Assembly (NCBI GenBank): GCA_964035545.1
Contig: OZ037767.1
Location: 5,162,707 to 5,226,706 of the forward strand
DNA: 64,000 nucleotides
Origin: Bugula neritina
Lineage: Eukaryota > Animalia > Bryozoa
Reading direction: 5' to 3'
Shown here: one piece after another, positions 54,401 through 64,000 of the stretch
Layout: each line of letters opens with the position of its first letter
How positions within the stretch are numbered: the stretch's first letter is position 1
Notes under the pieces: generated by a model
What the model saw: the letters and a program-made list of their open reading frames with translations, nothing else
What the model was told of the DNA's origin: nothing
Database searches by the model: none
Translations under genes and position numbers: made by a program

Positions 54401-56260
54401 ACATTCGCACTTGTCGCTCTGCATTTTCAACGCAAGTGCGAATCGTCTCTGTCGTCGTCACTTAATTGGCTGGTAGTTATTCAGCGAGCCCAATTTCTTT
54501 ATTTAGTGCTATATTCCAGTAAATTGCGTTTTATTAAAAGCGAGTGCGATTTAAAAATGAAAGCTTTATTTATCACGTATCACTGACGCTACAGTGGACA
54601 CCTTTGCTACTTGTGATTTTAATTTTCGCATGCGAAAATACGCACAGTGTGGCCCTAGGCTTACTGTGTACCTGAATTGAGAGGTCGAGAGAAATACATG
54701 AGTTGAAAGCCCATGCGTCTGTTGTGGTTTGAAAAAGAGTGGAACTTTATATAGAGAGAATCTGATGAGCCTTTATACACTTGATTAGCCTGTGAGAAGA
54801 AAATCACAAAAAAGTATTTTCACAACTTAGCTGGAGGTTCTAAGATGAAATCTAAATAAAATAATATCATTCTATTGGGCACTGAATAATGAGATAATGC
54901 CAAAATTACAGTTGTGAGTCATGGATTTTAATCTGCCAACTCTTTGTACCAAGAAATCAATTGCTGTATATCTAATAATCAATCAATTAGTAATTACAAG
55001 CAAACAAGTTCTGCTTACAATAAAAGATTGCAAGTTCAATTTCAACTTTGAGATGATCACATGAAAGGGCAGCATGTATTTAGAGTTATCAGTACCTACC
55101 ACATGTCCAGACAGCTGTACCAGCAAATTAGATGAGTTGTCTGCACCGTCAAATATATCAACAGAGGTTCCCAAAAACTGGTCATTCAGATCTAGCAGCT
55201 GTATGTAAACTGAAGCTGCCTGCGAAACATACAGTAGATAGTAGATCTACCATGCCATAGCTAGAATTGCTAACCTGCATTGTTTATAGTTGGCTATTAA
55301 ATAAATTTGGCTATTTAGCTATATGCATCATGCTTGCCTACATAATGCTCAAAAAATTCAAAATTATTGAAAGGACAGACAACTGCTGATTTATTACTGA
55401 TTTGCTCGAAGTTAAGGGCAAGAAAAAGCCTATTGAGAACAAAACCTACCATATAATGTATGACTGTAAACTAAATCAGCTAATAAATACACATAAGAAA
55501 AATGAGACTAAGAAATATTTTTTTTAAAAATAAATTGCTAAAATTCCTTGTTCTTGATACGAATTGCAAATAAACTATAACACGCATGGGTATAGTAAAC
55601 CATGCCACTAACCCAAACTAATTGGTATAAAAGTGAAATCTGGACTCACTACTTTAATATAACAACTAAGTTGTGAGCAAGTACTACTTGAACAAGTACA
55701 AGTACAAGTACAAGTACAAGTACAAGTACAAGTACAAGTACAAGTACAAGTACAAGTACAAGTACAAGGATGATTATATAGCAGCCAAGTATACGTGGAC
55801 CATATAGCTATTTGCATTTTGTTTGATCAAACAGATATGCAACACAATACAAGTTATTGCCTAGAACAGCGAACACGAGAAATAAAAAATACTCTTAAAC
55901 ACAAATTATTGTTACTGTGTTTCAGTATGAGTTCTGTGTACATACATTGTTAGCAGGAACTTTCACATGATAGTGCCCGTGAGACAGATTAGGGTAAGGC
56001 TCGGGGAAGTTTGGTGATGTCAGAACTCCAGAGCATTGACCTTGGCGAGAACTTCTAAAAAACTTGGCCTGATAAACTGGATAGACATTTGCCCCCACCA
56101 CAACTACAAAAATGGCAAACCTGTAAACAAGAAGTTTAGGGAAAAAAACTTCGAAATACAAGTAAAACGAGAACTTACCTTGCTGAAAAAAACAAAACAT
56201 GCAGAAAGCATTGTAACACATAACTAAGCCACACCTGACCCTATGATATTTCATGGTCAT
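51473..56260 (-). CDS. Small, probably secreted protein with two CUB domains (about 291 aa)
   Basis: Exons 56260-56179, 56103-55946, 55219-55100, 54789-54672, 53499-53344, 52324-52211, 51600-51473 (876 nt). CUB1: GVLTSPNFPEPYPN...VDIFDG...LSG...LYIKFHS...GF. CUB2: GNVSSVGYPESYENNIKCGWMI...WNDFELE...CENDQLKVYD...LCG...LQLKSD...RGFSLSF. The first exon and start codon are the least certain parts. Confidence 0.8.
51612..52010. repeat. 17/20-bp minisatellite (TAGTAGAGAGTATATAG)n
   Basis: Abuts the last acceptor of the CUB gene; explains the YYYILSTT ORF. Confidence 0.92.
52380..52766. mobile_element. Foldback-type non-autonomous element: 30-bp tandem array, C-rich spacer, inverted partial copies
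   Basis: (CAGGTAAAAATGGCACTGGTAGTAGTGGCA) x5 at 52380-52535. CCCCAAA/CCTAAACCC tract at 52574-52692. Inverted units TGTGCCACTTTACCT and TGTGCCAATTTTACCTGTGC at 52703-52748. Confidence 0.6.
54301..54660. mobile_element. PIF/Harbinger-type MITE, 360 bp, about 70-bp TIRs, TTA TSD
   Basis: TTA|GCCTAGGGCCACACGGTGCGTATTTTCGCATGCGAA ... TTCGCATGCGAAAATACGCACAGTGTGGCCCTAGGC|TTA. The inverted match continues through AAGTAGCAAAGGTGTCCACTGT. Confidence 0.9.
55692..55768. repeat. (ACAAGT)n hexamer microsatellite
   Basis: About 12-13 perfect copies. Confidence 0.95.
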
Positions 56261-57595
56261 TGCATGAGTGTGTGTTCATATAGTCAATGATGTACTGAAG
56301 GGATTGGAAGCTTCATAACAGCAAACCTTATAATATATATTTAACCAGATGTGAAGTCTTGGTAACACAGTAATTGCATGGGTCATACCTACTATATATG
56401 AATTGTATTTATATATAATTACATATAATATAAAATCTACAATATTTAAGTATATTGGTCAATACTTTATGAAGCCCAACCATGTACATCCATGGCACCA
56501 TTGAAACATTAAATCAGGTAGGTACAATATTTAGTAGTAAGAGACATGAATGAAATAATTTACTATTTTTCATTGCACCAAAAAAATAATAAACTAAGGT
56601 ATTTAAAAGCTACAATTTGAAATGCGCGAAGGCATTATAGTTAAAGGACCAAAAATTTGAGTTGATGCAGATTGTAGTAGTTAAGCGTCACTTTGCTAAC
56701 TTTAAATCATACACTAAATTTCATAAAAAACATTTCTATGACGCTGAGGTGATATCAAAAAATACTTTTCACCTAAAACTTGCCCTTGCAAAAGAGGCCA
56801 GTAATGGGAGATTAACAGCACCACCCTAGATAAGCCTGATTACAAATATTTTTACCTTTAAAAATCAAATTAGAGTTTTTAATGGAGGAAGGAAAATTTA
56901 AATTATAGAAAACGTTTACTTTGTCTTTTTAAACATACTTAATACTGCTTGAGATATTATTGTCAAAGTTCTAGTATTTAACTAATTTGGAATGCAAGAT
57001 GCTATGACATGTAATTAGGGGTATAGCTAAATACCAAAGACCTACAGCAATAGCATAATACGAAATAATTGATTGTACATTGACTTGATAAAGGTTCAGC
57101 ATGCCTATCATAATACTCAGCAAAAATTTTGACTTTAAAAATAAACCAGAGGTTTGACGCTGGCTTTAAATAAGATTGGCCATAACATACAAAACAGCTG
57201 GTTTTGTTTTATGTAGTCTTTTGATGAGAAATATATATTTACATGATACAACTACAAAAATATAGCAAAGAAAACTGTACAAAAAGAAAAACACACTTGT
57301 AAAGAGATTGACATTGAAAAATCATTCAACACACTAGTCATTAGATTTAATGTATAAAAAAACAAGAAAGTATTTTTAAACTACTTTCAAAAATCAACAA
57401 GCAGGAAGTTGAAAAAAAAGTTCAAAGTGGAACCAGTTTCTACAGCGTTAATCAAAAATTCAAAACATATTACACTTTATATAAAGGACTGACTGCATTA
57501 TGGAACTGTTACTTAAAATCATCACCACATTACAAGTTACAAGTACTACTGAGTGCTGGAGAGAGAGCTAGAGAAGAGGGGAGGAGGGGTTGCTA

Positions 57596-60500
57596 TTAGA
57601 TAGTACCCCAGGTGAGTCTGGTCACATGATCAGTTTTCCGTTTCGTAGACTTGATGAGACCAAGAAGCTGCATCTCAGCAGCCGAGTGCGAGAATCGAGA
57701 GCTGCAAGAGAAGACAACATCCAATCATTATAAGCAGCATGATGCAATATTCGGGTAAATACAATTTTTGAAGTGAAAGCTAAAGCTGCACTAAGTTTAG
57801 TATTTAAATGATTTATTAGGTTATTGTTCTGAAACCAATGCATAGAGCAACACTTTAAACCTCAAATGCTTTAGAGTTTAAAATCACTAATAATAACGGA
57901 AGCTGGATGAGCACCCACAAGTAGCGCGAGATGCAACATTTAATCTCTATTTATTATGGAAGAATGGCAACTGTTACAATTTATCACACTTAGATATCGC
58001 ATATCATGATATATCACACTTATATATCACCACATATCACCATTCTATAGCTGCAGTTCACTGAAACAAGTCTAGTAAATAGATGAAGACCAACCAGAGT
58101 TGTTTAAGATGTTGCTCTCCCTTGGAGTCATCTCCCTCGTGTACTGACAGGAATGCTTGCATCCAGTCATAGATATTGATCATTGTGGAACATTCCATAT
58201 GGAGTTTGAAGGCCACAGAAGTATCTGGTAACTCACTGGTAACACTCTGCGAGCTGTCTAGCTTAGGCACATCCTGCATTATGTATATAGAAAGTACACT
58301 ACAGCTCAGTATTTATGGAATACTGTCAGCCTTTGAATGTGGCCATAACTCCCAATACTACATGGAATAGACTTGGTCTAAAGGTTAGACCGCGGACCTA
58401 GTACGATGAGTAGGTAACCGTAGGTCATAGGTTCAAATCTTGACAGGAGCATTGCCAGGAAGAGCATTTACTGGGCCACAGCCTACATAGTTTTAGCTAA
58501 TAAATAACCTTTACTATCGGAAGGAGGGATGGGGAAGGGAGGGAAGGGCTCTCAAAGAACCGGATATTCTAAACAAACGTGAGTCTGCTACGACTCCCAT
58601 GCTACAATGACTTCTGTCCATATTATAATAAGTATAAAATAACAACCAGCTATAGAATTCCATGTGTGTATATCCAGACCTCACATCACGTAAATTGAAA
58701 GCTTTCTGTGATAAAATGACATTCAGAAAGTTGATTAGCCCATATGGGTTTTACTTGTAACACAAATGTGGTGGGAAATAACACAAGTGTTTCTATAAAG
58801 TTGCGTTTATACCTCTGCTGAAAAAAAGTACCGAGTTTAAGTTAATAATGCTTGTCCGGGTACCCCTTTATAGTCAAACTGAAACTCGTTGAAATCATAT
58901 TGATGCGGTTGCTCACTTTCTTAAATTGAAATTTGACTCGCATAATAGCTATTTGATGCCCTTTGTAAACGTCATGAATTAGTGAAGCGGACAGCATAAA
59001 AGCGATAATTGAGAAGGCGTAGGCTATATAATTATAACCGTATAAGTACGTTGTCTAATCGCCAAAGTAATAACTAAATAACGATGCTTACAAGGAGTTA
59101 TTACTCCTATTCTAAAATTGGCCGATTAAGTTATCACAGTACAAAAATTTCAACGAGTGGCTTTTACAATGCAATGCAACTCGGAAAAATTTCAACCCGG
59201 CCAAATTGAATTTTTGACCGAAAATTGTGAAGGTATAAAGGCAACTTGAGACATAACGAATCTATAAATGTGCTTACTGATATAGAATCTCTGTATATAT
59301 ACTTCAGGGAAACACGGGCTACACTTTCTTACAATGTATTGGAGCACAAGCTACAGGGTGTACATTGTGACTTACATGTAAGTAAACGTGAGGTTTACCC
59401 AGAGCTGTGAACAAAGCCACCCTGGGCAGCGCATTAACTGCTGACTTTAGAGCCTTGATGTCATCATAATAGAAGAGTTCATGAAGAGGCAGCGTCCTGA
59501 AGTTAATGACTTCTTGGCTAAAAATTTCACCAACAGATTATCAACTAAACAGTTTGTGAGTTCAGAAAGATGAAAACAACTGTCATAGGAAAAGCAGTTA
59601 AATTGACTTTCATCCTTTTGGTGTCTAAACTGTTTTATATCATTAGAAAGCATGGAATGTGATATCAATAAAATCAACATTGCATTTCATGCATTGTGAA
59701 ATATATTCTATGATATAGGCAGACATTTCTAACAAGTCACCAATTCGATATAATTTAAACCGACAAACTGCATTAAAATGACATTTTTTCCTTCCCATAT
59801 AATAGAATTTATTTGGCTGATACACACATTATATGCTAAGTAGATTTAGTAAACTTCCAACTTTTCACTGTCACCAGGAAAGTGCTACTAAACTGATTCA
59901 TTATATTGTCATAGTAGAGTTTATTGATACACACTGAAAGAATGATCGTAGGGCGTTGACAGCCTCGCCCCGTATTTCCTCGTAGAGAGTGACATGTTTG
60001 GGCCGCTGCTGCTGTAGAGTCTTGCGCAATGTGTACATGTCCATCTTCTTACCAACCAGGGAGTTTGTATTGGCAGCCGAATTCAACTCTGACTTCTCAA
60101 GAAGCTCTGCAAACACCAACCCTTATATTCTAAGGCTTGTGTTTTCAATTAAGCCCAGACTATTACATCTTCAATAATTATGCTAAATAAAATGATTTCC
60201 TTTTACCATTGTCAGCCAAGCGGCTCTTGAAAGCATAACTTGATAAAGTCTTTCAAATTATATTTCAACTATTTATTGAGAAAGCAAAATTATGCAATGG
60301 AAAATTATAAAAAAGCATGACATAAAATGAAATTTTTTTGCAAAGATTGAAAACCATGAGTAACAATAATTTTTTGTTTTGTAAAGTCAAAAACATTCTA
60401 AGGCATCAACTACGTACCTTCAAAGTTAAAGAGTTTGTCTAAAACATTTCGGAGAGCGGAGACGTTACTTTCTACGGGACAATCAGACATAATCTCTAGA

Positions 60501-63500
60501 ATAGCAGTAAGTTGATCCTGAAGGACATTTCGTGATAAAACACTGCAACACATAGCATACTAATAGAACGCAAGGGTACATGCACAGCACACTCACAAAG
60601 ATGTGCGTGTACACAATGAGCGACATATGAGGGTCAGAGGGTCAAAACCCCTCATAGTTTCATAAAATAAATTATATGTTGAGCGTTTTGTTACTGGTGA
60701 ACCGAATGTAAACTGTAAAACATTTTAGATAGTAAAAACTAAACTACCATCTATATGTATATGTGTAGCAGAGAAGTGAGGGGGGCAGTGCTGAGACTCA
60801 CAATGATTCCAGGATAAATATGAGAGAAACAAAGGCTATTACAAGCAGGAAAATACAATTTATTCTTACCGCTTTAATAATACACATTATTACTGATAAT
60901 GATTAACATACAGTGACTTGAAGGTTAGCTAATAAAACTAAAATCCAAGATTTAATATTCAGAGAGAGTTTGATTAAGTACATCCAGTGAGATGACAAAC
61001 TTTGTGAAGTACCTGAATAGTTTGAAGTCTTCTTCTAGAGCTTCGCCAAAATTTCCTCTCAGTACAGAATAATAGACCTCTCTCAACTGAAATGATGCGA
61101 ACAAATGAATGAATGAATGTACAACTGTTGACACCTGATAGATATAAAAGGAGACAGACTTGTACAACTGTTGACACCTGGTAGATATAAAAGGAGACAG
61201 ACTTGTATAACTGTTGACACCTGATAGATGTAAAAGGTGACATAAAATCAGTTGCAGCAACAAAAAGTTCAATTTTTCATTTCTTTATTAGCAGAACGCA
61301 ACTAAGGAATGGGTGCAAAAGCTAAAACAAGTAGAATAACAAAGTACCACTTGAGCACTTTAAAGCACACTGTATGTACCTACCTGTTTGCCGAATGCAG
61401 ATTTTGGAATACTTTTGGAAAGTGCGTGAAGACATCGTGTGACATAAGGTTGCTTACGATGGTAAACATTGATGTCTTCTATTAGAGTTAGAATTTTAGA
61501 TTTAGTATACACAGCATCCTCTAACAGTTTACTCTGAAGTTTAGGATCTGTTTCTTCTTCTACAAATCTACATACACACGTAGATTACTCATAGTTTTAT
61601 ACAGAAAATGAAGTAGGGAGACACAACTTTCAACAACAAAGGTTTAACATGCCATGCTACAATCACTACATGTCTGCGTGTCAAATTTAATAATAATCAT
61701 ATCAGTGACGAACTTATACTATATGAAAGCAATTTTAAGTTAGCAGCACTTGAACATGTGACAAAATGTTTACAAATTTTGTAAAAACTTCAAGTTTCTA
61801 CTTTTAACAGAGTTTCCAAACAAGTTAACCACAACATTACTCTGGAAGTATGAATTCACCATATCACTGCATGACAGTAGCTGACAGGTGCACTATGTTA
61901 TTATGTGACAGCATCTGACAGGTGAATTATGTTGAAAACAGAAGCTTTTCTCAACTTATCTAACTACATGTACAATTACTGTAGACTACTAGCTACAACC
62001 CAGCACAACATTTTCATGTTTCAAGTAAACAGAATTGAGTTCAACACAAAGCCAAGCCAATACTCCTCTAGTGAAATGAGATGAGGAATCTTATAAACAG
62101 GATTGAACATACTTGCGGAACGACGTGAGCTTTCTGATATGATCCAAGTTTTTGTTAGACAGCACTTTACCTCTGGTGATACAGGATACAGAATGTTCGT
62201 TCCCAAGGCAATGGTCCATCACGCAAAACTAAACATATCAACATATTTCAATACTAAAGAGAGATGTTGGCGCCTGGTGGACTCATAAAAGACTAATCAT
62301 AGCTGCTGCGTACTCTAGCACCCGGAGTCTGCCAGAATGGTAAAGTTGCAATGATGATTGTAAATTAGCTGCAGCGCTGCCCACACTATGTTCAGAGTTT
62401 AACAGTCAAATTGGTAGAGAAGTTCATGACATCTTTTTATGTTATGAGAGCAAAATTACAGTTAACTATAACAATGAATATCAGTTTAGCTTTTGGCAAT
62501 GTCTAGGTGCTGTATAGAGTCTTGGCCAATTGAGAAAAATTCATTTCACTATATTTTTTAAGTCAGATTGTTATTGCTTCAATAACTTTATTATAAAGAT
62601 ATACTTTTAAAATAATGAATGCAGCAAGTTCAGCTTGGTTTCAAATAGAAACATCTAATATTTGATTTTAGTGTTGCAATGTTGAACATTGAGAGAAATC
62701 GACACAATTCACCAAAAAGGCATTGGAACACATCCATAAAACAATAATAAATTAGAATTGTTATGCCATTTAAACAAAAATATTTTGCATTGGCAATATG
62801 TTAAGGTACTGATTGCCAATATGCAATAATAGACTAAACATAGAAACTCATTAGTAATCCAAAAAACACACTACGTGTGCATGTCACACACAGCGTTATG
62901 TAATGGCGCTTACCTGCATGCAGTGAAGAAACTTCTGTATTGAGAAGTCATGACAGAGGAAGTTGTCGAGGAGAAGCTGAAATGTCTTGCCTCCAAGTCT
63001 AAAGGGTAAGTCACTGTTCAGCAGCATCTGTAATATTATAGTAAGTTCAACAGTAAGTATATAGTAATATATAGCACATATATAGTAATATATAGTAAGT
63101 ATATAGTCATATGTAGATGCAAATACACACAAACCTACTCTAAATTATTCATGTATATACTCTACACAGGCTTGAGAAACTCAAGAATGAATTCCAGATT
63201 TGAATAAAATATAAGACGCGACTCAGTTGTTGAATCCATCATTTTGAAAAATGGTAAATGATTATAATATTGTAATGCCGTTGAATAAAATATTAAAAAT
63301 AAGTATATATTGTAGGCATAATGATGATTATAATGCAGAGCATCAATCAAGCTAAAATAGATAACAAAAGGTAAACCAGAATCATATTTTCGTTAAAAAG
63401 AAATAAAAAAATAATACAGCAGAAATATCTCCAAACCCGATCTATAATTTGATTGAGGTATACAGATGAAGACTTCATTTGGAAGGCCTCTATAGACAAC

Positions 63501-63876
63501 ATAGTAGAAATTTCGTGGGTAAGCCGACTTCTAAGAGAGGACAGAGAGAGGGTAACTCCGAATACCAAAACAATTGACAAGTCTGCCAGGTGATTTCTGA
63601 AACAGTCATGCTTATTATATGGCATCAACCAATCAAAACACTATAAATACTAAAATACATCTTATGCACAATAGCAACTCAACTGGCTTAAAAGGAGTTG
63701 TTTTCTCCTGTCATGCTACAAGAAATTCTCAGGACTTACCGACACGACAGTATAAAATCTTGCAGGCAGGAAACTGGAAGATTATTAAACGCCTCAAAGA
63801 GAAGGACTAGAGGGCAACTTGAAGCAGAATGCTTTTTGGTATCAGTCTTAGTAGTCTTAGCAGTTTTTCGGACTTT
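57596..63876 (-). CDS. ORC3: Origin recognition complex subunit 3, 3' portion (5' exons lie beyond the right edge)
   Basis: In-phase exons: 63876-63740, 63596-63437, 63027-62914, 62228-62113, 61567-61384, 61086-61013, 60542-60418, 60106-59935, 59517-59376, 58273-58095, 57701-57596. Motifs: [96 protein letters not shown]. Confidence 0.95.
58370..58470 (+). mobile_element. tRNA-derived SINE head in an ORC3 intron
   Basis: A box TGGTCTAAAGGTTAG, B box GGTTCAAATCT, then GCCAGGAAGAGCAT. No cloverleaf. Confidence 0.55.
58798..59247. mobile_element. MITE-like element with 17-bp TIRs in an ORC3 intron
   Basis: Left AAGTTGCGTTTATACCT, right AGGTATAAAGGCAACTT (16/17 inverted). TSD is not clearly preserved. 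Confidence 0.6.
61119..61240. repeat. 43-bp minisatellite, about 3 copies
   Basis: ACAACTGTTGACACCTGATAGATATAAAAGGAGACAGACTTGT units near an ORC3 acceptor. Confidence 0.88.
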
Positions 63877-64000
63877 CTATAAAAAAGTATCTGAAAGTTA
63901 ATTATAAATCGAATAATCTATAAAAATTAGGCGGTTGTCACATCGAAACATTGATTAAAATTATTGAACTATACAAGTCCCACTCTTTTATTAAATCTGC

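Noticed and set aside
56641-56861. Possible second TTAAAGG...CCTTTAA element
   Set aside because: The inverted match beyond 7 bp is too weak in AT-rich DNA.
60631-60644. Perfect DR2 (GGGTCA ga GGGTCA)
   Set aside because: In an ORC3 intron more than 30 kb from CYP26, within repeat-like sequence. It shows such motifs arise by chance and tempers the RARE findings.

Overview
AT-rich, intron-rich animal genomic DNA, probably from an invertebrate (a lophotrochozoan is plausible but cannot be established from the sequence). The ORF track is mostly exon fragments and repeat artefacts, so I rebuilt the genes by hand from GT-AG boundaries with consistent reading phase. There are seven protein-coding genes: a TTLL15-type ATP-grasp ligase (-, runs off the left edge), GTP cyclohydrolase 1 (+), a CYP26-family P450 (+), DNAAF2/kintoun (-), SPATA17 (+, head-to-head with DNAAF2), a small two-CUB-domain protein (-) and ORC3 (-, runs off the right edge). 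Also present are TIR MITEs (Kolobok-like with TTAA TSD, Harbinger-like with TTA TSD), foldback elements, tRNA-derived SINE heads and many intronic minisatellites. The best leads are: (1) the CYP26-like enzyme has an intact ORF but a remodelled I-helix (FKAYHGM, no catalytic Thr) and a one-residue insertion in the heme loop, with a perfect DR5 RARE and related elements upstream; (2) the TTLL ligase has an N-terminal signal-anchor and a Cys-rich tail, suggesting a secretory-lumen peptide ligase rather than a tubulin enzyme; (3) minisatellites repeatedly abut splice sites, and one array carries 26 copies of a U1-5'-end-like sequence.
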